Below, piece after piece: positions 7,032-16,989 of a stretch of DNA of 64,000 nt; within the stretch, counting starts at the first letter, position 1, and each line of letters starts with the position of its first letter. The translations under genes were made by a program, and so were the position numbers. The notes beneath the pieces are model-generated. The model was not told the origin of the DNA. It saw only the letters and a list, made by a program, of their open reading frames with translations, and did no database searches. This stretch comes from a virus. Taxonomy: Duplodnaviria > Caudoviricetes. The stretch spans positions 32,001 to 96,000 of the IMG/VR virus record IMGVR_UViG_3300001598_000034; one strand, 5' to 3'.

Positions 7032-8984
7032 ACAGTAATGGTTCATACACCTGTATCAGCAGAAGCCAGACAAGAAGCATTAGACAAGATGCTTCCTAGC
7101 AAAAACTTATTCCATCCACGCACAATGGCGCCTATACTAATGCCACGTCAGGAACATATCTTCGGTTTTTATCAAGCATCAAAAGATATTCCAGAGTTAA
7201 GAAAGAGCAATGTTAAAGCAGAATCCGTTATGGATTTGGATAAACTTCTTCAAGATATTAAAATGGGAAAAGTAAAACCAGATATGCCTGTAAGATATCA
7301 AGGGCAATTAACAACAGCAGGAATTGCAATAGCTATAGGTAATTTGCCACCGATGCTTAGAGACTACAATATGGTATGGGATAAAAAGAATATTACAAGA
7401 GTTATGGGAATGTTGGCAAAGCAAGAACCAACTAAATACCAATTTGTAGTAGATCTTTTTAAAGAGCTAGGTGGTTTATATGCTTATAAATTAGGATCAA
7501 CTTTCAAACTATCAGATTTTGATTTACAAAAGTTGAAAAAAATGCGCGATGCGTATTTCTCTAAAACAGACAAAGCTTTAGCAAAGATTGATAATAGCAA
7601 TTTATCTAAACAAGAGAAAGAACAGCGCATTGGTGAAGAACTACGTAAAGCACAAGCATTTGCCTCCAATTTAATGGAACAGCAAACAAATAATACTTTC
7701 AATAGACTTTATGTATCCGGAGCAAAAGGAAGTGGAGGACAGATAACACAGATTTTATCTAGTCCTACAGTAGTAGCAGACCCTAAAAACAGATTGATCC
7801 CTTCTCTTATTCACCATTCATATTTAGAAGGACTAAGCCCTGCAGACTATTTTACATCAAGTTACGGTACACGTAAAGGTAGTATTGCAGCTAAATTATT
7901 TGTAGCACCTGCAGGAGCTCTTTCCAAAGAAATAATGGGAAATACTCTAGAAGTAGTAGTATCATGTAAAGAATGTGGTACTGGTAGAGGGTTAAAGAGA
8001 GACATAGATGATAAAGAAAATGTTCTCTATAGACTAGAGGCAGGAACAAATAAATTCATAGATCCAAATTATTATGAACAGTTAAAAAGAAAAGGAATCA
8101 GAGAAGTAACCGTTCGTAGCCCTGCAACATGTGAAGCAAGAGAAGGTGTTTGCCAACATTGTTTCGGTTTTGATGAAAAGATGCAATTCCCAGAAATAGG
8201 CGAAAATGTCGGAGTAATGGCGTCCCAAGCAGTATCCGAAGTAATTTCTCAGAATACCATTTCTTCTAAGCATACAGCAGGAACTGCAGCAGAAGATAAC
8301 TATGGATTTAATGAAGTTAAAGCTTTCTATAATATGTCTTCTAAGTTCTCTGGAGCAGCTGTTATTTCTGAGGTATCTGGTAAAGTATCTAAGATTGAGC
8401 AGTCAGCAACTGGAGGTATGAATGTATTTATAGACAAAAAGAAATACTTCGTACCCCCTGGAAGAAGGGTTACAGTTGTCTTGGGTCAGGATATTAAAGC
8501 TGGAGATCCTATTTCAAATGGAATTATGCCATTTAGCAAAATAGTTCCTCACAAAGGTATAGAACAAGGTAGGCAACTCTTTATTGAAGCAGCTAACGAT
8601 ATTTATAATAAAGCTGGTGCACATACAATAAAGAAGAACCTAGAAACAATTTCTCGTGGACTTATTAACTATGTAGAGATAACAGACCCAGGAGATTTTG
8701 ATGAGTATGCAGAAGGAGATATTGTGGATTACAATAAGCTCATGGGAGATCTGCGTATGCACCCTGGTAAAAAGAAACCAGTATATCACCCAATCCAAAG
8801 TGGCACAAATAAATCCCCAACATTTAAAAACGACTGGTTAGATAACTTTGGCTTTAAGTTCTTAAAACAAAAACTTATTGACAACGCAGCAACGTTCTCT
8901 AAATCTCCGAAGAAACAATATAATCCAATCGCACCCTATGCACGCGGAGTTGGATTCGGAAAAGGTGAAAACGGAAAATACTAA
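6276..8984 (+). CDS. rpoC: DNA-directed RNA polymerase beta' subunit, C-terminal part, with N-terminal split-intein fragment
   Basis: TVMVHTPVSAEARQEA (=QMAVHVPLS after NADFDGD), SGAKGS, SYLEGL, bridge helix YGTRKG, Zn site CGT...RSPATC...CQHCFG, GENVGVMASQAVSE, trigger loop KHTAG. Confidence 0.92.
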   Translation: MTTDKNDKVSIGEKVKTKHSILTYNPDTNSNTFLDYTEKTLHTNYDKLYEIKTKRGYSIKVTNDHSLITNGSEDFFEKVSPDKALGKFVPVLYSLKCGFKKYKTAKDLINDKHTIELTAELLKYDDMTICAIISLLSVPDKDDEKLMHIRYFNKLEKYIILLLLARLSYFVEKITDEEILATLYKGKQIPENNKLVDAEEVVNDNPANPYLSLPYSWDEIIEVNEVEREEITYDFSVPRYPLFMANGIIVFDTVMVHTPVSAEARQEALDKMLPSKNLFHPRTMAPILMPRQEHIFGFYQASKDIPELRKSNVKAESVMDLDKLLQDIKMGKVKPDMPVRYQGQLTTAGIAIAIGNLPPMLRDYNMVWDKKNITRVMGMLAKQEPTKYQFVVDLFKELGGLYAYKLGSTFKLSDFDLQKLKKMRDAYFSKTDKALAKIDNSNLSKQEKEQRIGEELRKAQAFASNLMEQQTNNTFNRLYVSGAKGSGGQITQILSSPTVVADPKNRLIPSLIHHSYLEGLSPADYFTSSYGTRKGSIAAKLFVAPAGALSKEIMGNTLEVVVSCKECGTGRGLKRDIDDKENVLYRLEAGTNKFIDPNYYEQLKRKGIREVTVRSPATCEAREGVCQHCFGFDEKMQFPEIGENVGVMASQAVSEVISQNTISSKHTAGTAAEDNYGFNEVKAFYNMSSKFSGAAVISEVSGKVSKIEQSATGGMNVFIDKKKYFVPPGRRVTVVLGQDIKAGDPISNGIMPFSKIVPHKGIEQGRQLFIEAANDIYNKAGAHTIKKNLETISRGLINYVEITDPGDFDEYAEGDIVDYNKLMGDLRMHPGKKKPVYHPIQSGTNKSPTFKNDWLDNFGFKFLKQKLIDNAATFSKSPKKQYNPIAPYARGVGFGKGENGKY

Positions 8985-8992
8985 TATTAATC

Positions 8993-9021
8993 GAGAGCTT
9001 TTAATTAAGCTCTCTTTTTTT
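8993..9021 (+). terminator. Intrinsic terminator
   Basis: gagagctt-ttaatt-aagctctc followed by T-run, directly after the RNAP gene. Confidence 0.8.
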
Positions 9022-9032
9022 AGGTATAATAT
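9022..9032 (+). promoter_or_regulatory. Class A phage promoter
   Basis: AGGTATAATAT-taagTAGA. Confidence 0.75.
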
Positions 9033-9101
9033 TAAGTAGAATTAAAAAATAAATATGAATATAACAGATCAATATTATTTTTAGAATATGGAGACTAATA
9101 T

Positions 9102-11204
9102 ATGACAACTGATAACTGGTATCCTTTGCCACCTGATATGTCTCAGTGGAATAATGTAATTTTAGAGAACTTGGCACAGCATGTACCTTCTGCTACTAAT
9201 TATATTTCTGGATTGGAATGGTCAAACTTAAATCCTGCCACTGGAGAAGGTGACGGCGTAATTCAAATGATGAATGGAATGTGCGCCATTCCTATCACAA
9301 TTAAAGAAAACAAGCTCGCACCAATAGATACTATAGCTTCCAACTATGGATCAGAGCCAAAATTTTATCCACTAACTGAAACGTTCTTGCAAAAGATTTA
9401 CGCGGATAACGTTATTGGTCAGCCTGTAACAAAAGGCGCAAAAGAGGATGAAGACTATTTAGGTCCATCTGTAAAAATTAAACACATACGTACTGTAGAT
9501 AATATTAAACATGCAAGTAGAGCCGCGGCACAACGTACATTAGATATGATCGTAAAAAGTGCATCTGTATCTAATTGGATGATAGAAAACATGCCAGAGG
9601 TATTAACCGCATTGAATGATAGGGTTAATACAGTAGAGAAGGAAGCGTCTACAGAAGACGTAGAATTACCTGATCTAATGATGGTATGGAAAGATGGTAA
9701 CAATTTCTATGCTAACGGGAATCTTATAGACGCTGACGCTGTTAGCACCGTAACAAAAATGGCCGGAGCTTCTACAGAAGAAGTAACAAATTTAATGAAT
9801 GGTATTCCATTCGTTAGAGATTTCAGAGAAAAAGTAGCAGCAATCCACATTCCTAGCGAGCAAGAAGTTGTAGCTATGGATATAGAAGATAATAGAATTT
9901 TTGATATTGGTGGAAATAGAACACGCGCTAGAGAAGAACGTTATCCCGATATTTGTGTAACAACAGCGTACATGAAAGATGGCACTTCTAAACGAGGTGT
10001 AATCTTTACAGGAGCATCGGTAAAACAAGTTCAACCTAAAACAACTGTAGAAAATCCAAATCCACAAGATCAAGACCCAAGTATAGTTCCAGAAAACTTC
10101 TATGAAACGCATTTCTTAGAGTTGTTTGTCTGCGACGAAGGATATTCTCTAAACTATAATATCAAGACAGATGCCCGTATTGCACTTCCCGGTAAAACAG
10201 TTATGGATGTATCAACTCCAAGCAATCCCTCTATTGGAATGATTGGTGCTTTGATAGAAAGTGATGATCCAGAATTTGTATTCGTTAAATCCTTCGGTAG
10301 AGTAGAGGATATCACTTCTGCTGGTAAATATAAATTCTATCGTATGTATGATATGATTAATCATAATATGATATCAGTAAAGGTAACTCCAGAAACGTTT
10401 TTCTATGAAGTTCCAGACAATAGATTAGCTACAGTAACAGCCCCAGAAAGAACTTCTTTCGTATCGGCAACTGGAATCAATGGTATTCTGCGTAAAACTC
10501 AAGAAGGAAAGTTTGTTTTAGATGGTGAAAGCTATGATACGGTAAACGTTCCTTTTGCGCTGATGAACAAGTACGCAGCTGCGTATGAAGATGCAGTAAG
10601 TATTTGTAGAGTCGCAGAAAAGATTGGTCAATGTGAGTTTGAGGTACTTACAAACGTAGATAAAACAGCAGCTATTTTGCTAGAAGAAGTAGATACTACC
10701 AAGAAGAAAGATAACAAAAATACCAAAACCGGTACTGATGATGAGACTAAAGGTCAGCAAGCAGCTCAGCCACAATTAGCACAAGTTACACCTGAGCAAA
10801 TATTTTCCATAGATTTTGGTGGAACAGCAGCAGGTCAAGCACCTAACGCAGGAGACGCTCCCGGAGCAGGTCAAGCAGGAAAATCTGGTCAAGGAGTACA
10901 AGCAGGATATATTGACCCTGTGTCTGCTAACGACCTTGAAAATGTTGTAAACGTTAATAGTCCTAAAACAATGGATGCCTATCTGATGGCAAGCTTAAAT
11001 GGCGATGTAGATGCATCTCAAGAAAACTTAGCTCGTACAAGTGATAGTATTGTTGACGCATTAGAACATTTAAGCAAGATGTTATTCCTGGTACGTAATG
11101 GAAGTTTTGATTTTGTGTCTGAGACAGACATTCAAGCAGCAATGCAAAAGTTAAATGATATCCTATCTACTATAGGAATTCAACCAACAAAAGTAGGACA
11201 ATAA
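9102..11204 (+). CDS. Putative virion head/core protein
   Basis: 700 aa, first gene of head cluster, multiple K-x-A-[SAG] motifs. Confidence 0.5.
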   Translation: MTTDNWYPLPPDMSQWNNVILENLAQHVPSATNYISGLEWSNLNPATGEGDGVIQMMNGMCAIPITIKENKLAPIDTIASNYGSEPKFYPLTETFLQKIYADNVIGQPVTKGAKEDEDYLGPSVKIKHIRTVDNIKHASRAAAQRTLDMIVKSASVSNWMIENMPEVLTALNDRVNTVEKEASTEDVELPDLMMVWKDGNNFYANGNLIDADAVSTVTKMAGASTEEVTNLMNGIPFVRDFREKVAAIHIPSEQEVVAMDIEDNRIFDIGGNRTRAREERYPDICVTTAYMKDGTSKRGVIFTGASVKQVQPKTTVENPNPQDQDPSIVPENFYETHFLELFVCDEGYSLNYNIKTDARIALPGKTVMDVSTPSNPSIGMIGALIESDDPEFVFVKSFGRVEDITSAGKYKFYRMYDMINHNMISVKVTPETFFYEVPDNRLATVTAPERTSFVSATGINGILRKTQEGKFVLDGESYDTVNVPFALMNKYAAAYEDAVSICRVAEKIGQCEFEVLTNVDKTAAILLEEVDTTKKKDNKNTKTGTDDETKGQQAAQPQLAQVTPEQIFSIDFGGTAAGQAPNAGDAPGAGQAGKSGQGVQAGYIDPVSANDLENVVNVNSPKTMDAYLMASLNGDVDASQENLARTSDSIVDALEHLSKMLFLVRNGSFDFVSETDIQAAMQKLNDILSTIGIQPTKVGQ

Positions 11205-11235
11205 ATGTAAGTTATTCAAGGAGGAGTGAGTACTA

Positions 11236-12063
11236 ATGGAAAGCTTATTAGCTAAATATAGAAACTCTTTAGTACGTCACCCGTCCTGGAGAGTTTATAA
11301 AGCACTTAAAGATATTTCTCAAGAACTTGAGAATATTAAAAGTAAAAATATTTTTGACCCAGAAGAATTAGAAAATTTATCTCCAACAACATTTGGATTA
11401 AAAGACGGTATAGAAGTATACTTGCCTTATGCAGATAATGATGACCTAACAAACGAAATCATTGCCGCTATAATAGATCCGGACTATACAGATCATGGAA
11501 AATTTGGTATAGTTGAATGTATGGCAATATTTTGTGATATAGAGAATAGGCAGCTTCTAGAAGGCATGCTTATGGAAGGTATCCTTCCTACAGATGTAGC
11601 CTTAGAGTTAAACCTCTCTCAATCCGTTGTTCAAACCTATTCTGCAGCATTTTTTGACACTACTGTTTGGAGAAGTGACTCTGATAAAATAGCATATCTT
11701 AAAGTAGGTACAATTGGTAAAGATGCAGAAATTAAAGCAATGATTGCTAAAAGCGGCATTGACTATGTAGCTTCTCTTGTTTATCATAAGCCTCAAAAGG
11801 TACGTATGGAAAAAGCTCTTGCTGATATGTTTGGAAGAGAATATAACTACGTAATTCAAAATATTGGTACGTATACTGAAGAAGGGCAACAAGATCCACA
11901 GAAATGGGCTAAAAATATGATAGAAATATTTAGGGAACTCAAGAACGCTTCTAGAGGTGATGGTGGCATAAGAGAATTGAGCATTGCTCTTTCAACCCAA
12001 CCACCACCAGCTATAGGGATAAGTGACCTAAATAAAATTGATAAAAATAAAGAGGTAAAATAA
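11236..12063 (+). CDS. Hypothetical protein with HTH-like segment
   Basis: PTDVALELNLSQSVVQTY; GGAGGAG RBS. Confidence 0.5.
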   Translation: MESLLAKYRNSLVRHPSWRVYKALKDISQELENIKSKNIFDPEELENLSPTTFGLKDGIEVYLPYADNDDLTNEIIAAIIDPDYTDHGKFGIVECMAIFCDIENRQLLEGMLMEGILPTDVALELNLSQSVVQTYSAAFFDTTVWRSDSDKIAYLKVGTIGKDAEIKAMIAKSGIDYVASLVYHKPQKVRMEKALADMFGREYNYVIQNIGTYTEEGQQDPQKWAKNMIEIFRELKNASRGDGGIRELSIALSTQPPPAIGISDLNKIDKNKEVK

Positions 12064-12902
12064 TGGCAACAGTTAGTGATAGTTCCATTATGATGGCTGC
12101 TCAAGAGATTACTTCAGATTTCATAGACGGTAAAGTTACTCTTAATGAAGGAGTAGCTAAAAAAGCAAGTGATCTCGGGTATAACGTTGAACAAACGAAG
12201 CGCCTTATAGAAAGAACAAATACTGAAGCATTCATGAAGAAGTTTGCTACTGGAGAATCAGAATTTACATTAGCAGATCCAGACGTAATTCTGGGTGATA
12301 AAAATGTAAAAACAGCTTCCACCTATACTCTGTCTAATACAGAAGATAGTAATTCAGAAGGTATGTTTAAAGCAGCTTCTGAAGAAAAGAAAGAGTATAT
12401 ACCAAGCAATCATGGTTTTAATCTTGGAGCATCTAAAGAGTATCAAGAAAAATTAGCAAGTGTAGATCTTAGAGATATCTTTGGTCTTAATGATGATGAT
12501 ATGAAAGTAGATGCACTTCCTTCTGCAATTGATCCTGATATTGCAAATTGGAATAGAATGATTTGTGAAAGCACTAAGACCGCATCAGAAAGACAAGTGG
12601 AATATGATGCTAAAGCATTTGCATTCTATGATAAAGTAGACGAATTGGCAGAGTTCATTAAACAAGCAAGTCTTTCTGGAGACCAAAGTATTAGAGACTC
12701 TGAATTAGAGCTCTTAAATATGTTCCCAGAAAACGTAGATACAGTACGCAATTTGTATGATAATATTGTAGAAAAGATGGCAAGCGAGGGTGTAAATCCA
12801 AGTACACTAGAGCGCAGCGTAGAAGTACCTGTTTCTAAGTTGGCACATGAAAGCAAACTTACTCGTCTTTTTGAAGACTTGATCGATATCGCAAATAAAT
12901 AA
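12063..12902 (+). CDS. Putative head scaffold/core protein
   Basis: Acidic, about eight K-x-A motifs (VKTAS, EKLAS, TKTAS, EKMAS). Confidence 0.55.
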   Translation: MATVSDSSIMMAAQEITSDFIDGKVTLNEGVAKKASDLGYNVEQTKRLIERTNTEAFMKKFATGESEFTLADPDVILGDKNVKTASTYTLSNTEDSNSEGMFKAASEEKKEYIPSNHGFNLGASKEYQEKLASVDLRDIFGLNDDDMKVDALPSAIDPDIANWNRMICESTKTASERQVEYDAKAFAFYDKVDELAEFIKQASLSGDQSIRDSELELLNMFPENVDTVRNLYDNIVEKMASEGVNPSTLERSVEVPVSKLAHESKLTRLFEDLIDIANK

Positions 12903-12904
12903 TT

Positions 12905-13603
12905 ATGAGAAATCTTAGTGATTTAGTTTATACACCATTTAGAGTAGTTAAAGATGCAGGAAAATTAAATCTTCCTGCACGTACGGATTTCAAAAGATTA
13001 TTAAAAAAAGTAAGTAGTGAGGAAAGTAATAATATGGATGAAGTAGTTTCTACAAGACCTGTAGAATATATGGAAGCAGAAGATACAGAAAAAGTAGCTT
13101 TTTCTTTCGGAGGATATTACGTCGGTAAAGCACCCCAAGTAGCAGCGAAAGCAGATAGCATGGGAAAAGTTTTTCAACGTGGATTAGTGGGTAGTTTAGC
13201 TTTAGGCCTAGGTGGCGCTTTATTGGGAGGAGCTAACGCTCTTATAAGTAATGCTATTGATAAAAGAAAATATGAAAATAATTTAAAGATAGCAGTGCAA
13301 ATGACACCAACATTGCAAAGATATCCAATGCAGATGCTACTATCATATTTGCCAATGATAGTAAAAGCATCACCAACAGTAGCATCAGATCCAAGACTTT
13401 TAGCAAATTATATGGAATCTATGTTAGACGCAGAAGGGCATTTGAATTTAGCTACTTTTAGAGAGTTGTCTTCTCTAGAAGGAAACGTTCTCCAAAATAG
13501 TGCGTTAGCAAATCCTATAAAAACAGAGTTAATTAAAGGAATTTCTAAAGGAATAGGACAAAACATGGGCACAGTAGTTGACAAAGGCTTTAAGGCACTA
13601 TAA
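12905..13603 (+). CDS. Putative internal head protein with Gly-rich hydrophobic segment
   Basis: EKVAF site followed by GLVGSLALGLGGALLGGA. Confidence 0.5.
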   Translation: MRNLSDLVYTPFRVVKDAGKLNLPARTDFKRLLKKVSSEESNNMDEVVSTRPVEYMEAEDTEKVAFSFGGYYVGKAPQVAAKADSMGKVFQRGLVGSLALGLGGALLGGANALISNAIDKRKYENNLKIAVQMTPTLQRYPMQMLLSYLPMIVKASPTVASDPRLLANYMESMLDAEGHLNLATFRELSSLEGNVLQNSALANPIKTELIKGISKGIGQNMGTVVDKGFKAL

Positions 13604-13621
13604 TATAGAGGGAGAAATATT

Positions 13622-13870
13622 ATGAACGAAAATAACATTTTTGTAGATTTTGAACCTCTCGGTTTTCTAGTTAACGAATTAGGTTCAGAAAAAACTGCTG
13701 CAGATAAAGCAGGGGAAACTCTTGGAATTGATAGCTACTTGAGTGGGTTAGAAGTTGGCATGGGTGTACCTGACGGAATGCTTGCACACGAAAAAGTAGC
13801 TTGTCAAGAATTAGGAAGAGAAATCATGATGGATTTCATTCCTAGCATTTTTCTCAGCCATAAGGCTTAG
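13622..13870 (+). CDS. Small head-cluster protein
   Basis: RBS; EKTAA and EKVAC motifs. Confidence 0.55.
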   Translation: MNENNIFVDFEPLGFLVNELGSEKTAADKAGETLGIDSYLSGLEVGMGVPDGMLAHEKVACQELGREIMMDFIPSIFLSHKA

Positions 13871-13886
13871 CATTGGAGGTTAGAGA

Positions 13887-16844
13887 ATGTTAGGTAAAAG
13901 ATATTCTCTTGGAAGTGTATTTGAACCAACAGGCGAACCTCTTGTTAAAGTAGCTAACTTTAAAGAACTTGCACAACAAAGCGAAGATATTAAATCTTTT
14001 TTAGCTACCTTTAAACCAGATCCTGGATATATGTATTTGCACGTAATAGCTGTAGGAGCCGGAGAATACTGGGGTAAAAATATCAATAGCGATTATTTCT
14101 TGGAAGATGATTTACTTAATAGGTATAAAACTTTTGAGACAGACGCAAAGGTATTTCGTGAACATGATAATAAACCATATTCCCAGTCATATGGTTATGT
14201 ACCATTTGCTTGGTATAATATGCCAATGCATAGAGTAGAACTTATTTTAGCTATAGACAAGATCAAAGGTAAAGAGTTTGTAGATAGACAAAATGCTGGT
14301 GAGCAGTTATGCGTAAGCATGGGATGTTTCCCAGCAGGAACAGACGTACTACTTGCAGATAATACCTTTAAACATATTGAAGACATAAATCCCGGAGATA
14401 AAGTAATTACGCACACAGGGGAAGAGCATGAAGTAACAACTAAAATGCTTCATGAACATACCGGGAATATGTGCAGAATTAAGGCTAGTGGTCAAACGCA
14501 AGAGCTTATATGCACCGACAATCACCCAATCCTGGTAAGAAGATATACTGGATTATTAGAGGATAGTTATGGAGAATGCCCTGTATGTAATAAAAAGTTT
14601 AATCAGGTTTTAACGCATATAATACGGTCTACAAATAAAGAGCACATTGTTTATAGAAATAATATGTTAGATCATAAGTATTTGTATAAACAATATTGGA
14701 CAGATGCAAAAAATATATTACCAGGTGACTTTATATTAACGCCAATTACAAAAGCAACTTCAGACCATGTAAAAAATATAGACTTAGCAAAAATAATAGG
14801 ATATTTTTTGGCAGAGGGATCTTTTGTAAAAAATAAGAAAAAAGAATATAGAGCTATACAATTTAATTTTCATAAAAATGAGATAAATTTACATCAAGAT
14901 GTTCTTGGAGCACTAACTAATCTATCTCAAAAAATAGCTTCATATCAAATAAGAGAAGAAAAGCATTTAGGTGTTATATCTCTCTATGATGAGCATTTAG
15001 CAACTACTATTAAACGATTTTGTGGAGAATATAGTAAATATAAAGTATTAAACCCAGATGTATACACTTGGACATTAGAAGAAAAGCTATATATTATAGG
15101 TAAATACTTTGATGGAGATGGAACCTTTAATAAAAAGCATAAATCTCTATCAGCAACAACAATATCTAAAAATTTAGCGTATTCAATAGCCAGTTTAGCA
15201 AATACATGTGGAATTTCGACCCGTATTTCATCATATAATGGAAAACATAATATAGAATATACTATAGATATAGATAAAGAAGATACAAAAAAATTAAAGT
15301 GTTTTTGCTCTAAAATACCAGAAAACTATTCATATACTAGAAAATATAAAACAATTAAAAAATCATTTGTAGATGATGGTTTTTTGTGTAAAAGAGTTTA
15401 CTCCATAGAAACTTACTACGTGAATAACTTACCAGTGTATAATCTATCCGTAGAGGGAGACGAGTCATACACAGCAAACAGCATAGCAGTACATAATTGC
15501 AGAGTTAAATTCGACGTATGTTCCCTATGTGGTAACCATGCATCTAAACCACATGAATACTGCGAACATATAAAATACCATAAAGGAGAAATTTTTCCTG
15601 ATGGTAAGCAAGCCTATATGATTAATCCAAATCCTACGTTTTTTGATATTTCAATCGTTCGTAGGCCAGCATGGAAGCCAGCTTTCTGTTTAGCAAAAGT
15701 AGCTTCTACAGATACAGATGTAAATACTATGAGTATCCAGGAAAAGAATGCACTAGCATTTGAGGAACTGGATTCATTGATACCAATGGAAAAGACAGCT
15801 GAAGTCTGGGAAATACCAGAAGATGATGAGCTGTTAGGCGCCAAGGTATTAGCTAAACATTCGTCAGTTCAAAAGGTAGCTCTAGATAAACAAATGCCAG
15901 CTATTTCAGTCCAGGATATAGATGCTGAAATAAGAGATATGCTTCCAGCAATTAATAAACTGGAGCCAGATCTTCCAGCCCCTCTACTTGATGACTTAGC
16001 TAGAAAGTATGAGATAAAAGATATTCTGCATTCCTTTGCTTCAGCAGCTATACCAATGAAACCACAAGAGTTTACACGTATAGTAATTGTTAAGAACAAT
16101 CTTCCATTAGAAGCATTTGGAACAGTAATGACCGGAATATTAGGGTCATTCCATGGTAATGGTAAATCCGGATCTGGCAATACAGAAGTAGCAACGCCAA
16201 ACATCCTTCCAGGAATTTCACGACCAGAAATAATGGAAAAACTAGCACCATTTATCCATGCTCGTTCAGCAATCTTGAAAGATGTGTTATCAAGACTAAA
16301 TAGAATATTTGACACAAAAGAACTACAAAAGCTAGGTCTTAATAAAACAGCAGCGGTGTTATATCAACCAAATCCAGTACTGGATTCTTTAGATTTATCA
16401 CCACGTATGAACTTTGGCTATGTACGTAGAGTTCCAGAATTTCAAGATTCAAATAGAGGTCTTTCTAAAGATACTGTTTTAGTACAAGATCCAATGAATT
16501 TGTCTACTATGCCAGTAGCACTTTCCAGAGAATCATTGGTACAGGAAATTCGTAACCCGTCTATTAGCGACTATTCACGTAATCAACTTTTGGCATTAGG
16601 TGCATTACAAGGAAAAGATTTCTCTGCATTTAAAGATCCTAGAATTATAAATTCTGTAATACATGAACCAGGGTTCTTATCTTATTTAGCACTATTAATA
16701 AACTCTTTCAAAAGTAAAGGAACTAAAGCAGCTTCGCCTTTGGATACTAAGAGCATTCTAAGTAATGTTTCCTTAGAGCACTTAACAAATGCTTACAATC
16801 CTGTACCACGTATAATTTCACAAGAATATTATACAAGATACTAA
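13887..16844 (+). CDS. Prohead maturation protease (HK97/S78-like) with intein and C-terminal extension
   Basis: NxNxDYF, VFREH (His), VSMG (Ser), FFDISIV-x2-PA; located upstream of scaffold and capsid. Confidence 0.8.
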   Translation: MLGKRYSLGSVFEPTGEPLVKVANFKELAQQSEDIKSFLATFKPDPGYMYLHVIAVGAGEYWGKNINSDYFLEDDLLNRYKTFETDAKVFREHDNKPYSQSYGYVPFAWYNMPMHRVELILAIDKIKGKEFVDRQNAGEQLCVSMGCFPAGTDVLLADNTFKHIEDINPGDKVITHTGEEHEVTTKMLHEHTGNMCRIKASGQTQELICTDNHPILVRRYTGLLEDSYGECPVCNKKFNQVLTHIIRSTNKEHIVYRNNMLDHKYLYKQYWTDAKNILPGDFILTPITKATSDHVKNIDLAKIIGYFLAEGSFVKNKKKEYRAIQFNFHKNEINLHQDVLGALTNLSQKIASYQIREEKHLGVISLYDEHLATTIKRFCGEYSKYKVLNPDVYTWTLEEKLYIIGKYFDGDGTFNKKHKSLSATTISKNLAYSIASLANTCGISTRISSYNGKHNIEYTIDIDKEDTKKLKCFCSKIPENYSYTRKYKTIKKSFVDDGFLCKRVYSIETYYVNNLPVYNLSVEGDESYTANSIAVHNCRVKFDVCSLCGNHASKPHEYCEHIKYHKGEIFPDGKQAYMINPNPTFFDISIVRRPAWKPAFCLAKVASTDTDVNTMSIQEKNALAFEELDSLIPMEKTAEVWEIPEDDELLGAKVLAKHSSVQKVALDKQMPAISVQDIDAEIRDMLPAINKLEPDLPAPLLDDLARKYEIKDILHSFASAAIPMKPQEFTRIVIVKNNLPLEAFGTVMTGILGSFHGNGKSGSGNTEVATPNILPGISRPEIMEKLAPFIHARSAILKDVLSRLNRIFDTKELQKLGLNKTAAVLYQPNPVLDSLDLSPRMNFGYVRRVPEFQDSNRGLSKDTVLVQDPMNLSTMPVALSRESLVQEIRNPSISDYSRNQLLALGALQGKDFSAFKDPRIINSVIHEPGFLSYLALLINSFKSKGTKAASPLDTKSILSNVSLEHLTNAYNPVPRIISQEYYTRY
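14325..15497 (+). mobile_element. Intein (391 aa) with LAGLIDADG endonuclease
   Basis: CFPAGTDVLLAD (block A), CTDNHP (B), IIGYFLAEGS and IIGKYFDGDG (C/E), VYNLSVEGDESYTANSIAVHN/C (F/G). Confidence 0.95.
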
Positions 16845-16856
16845 TAAATAAAATTT

Positions 16857-16916
16857 AGGTATAATATAAAGTAGAAAATATTACATTTTATATATAGTAA
16901 AATCCAGGTATAATAT
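16857..16916 (+). promoter_or_regulatory. Tandem class A promoters upstream of scaffold/capsid operon
   Basis: AGGTATAATAT at 16857 and 16906, each followed by N4-TAGA. Confidence 0.75.
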
Positions 16917-16989
16917 GTAGTAGAAAAAGAAAATACTTTTTATTTTAATAAAAACTTATTATTACAGTAAAGGAGTAATAACAAATAAC

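Noticed and set aside
9102-12063. Portal or terminase assignment
   Set aside because: No recognisable portal or terminase ATPase/nuclease motifs
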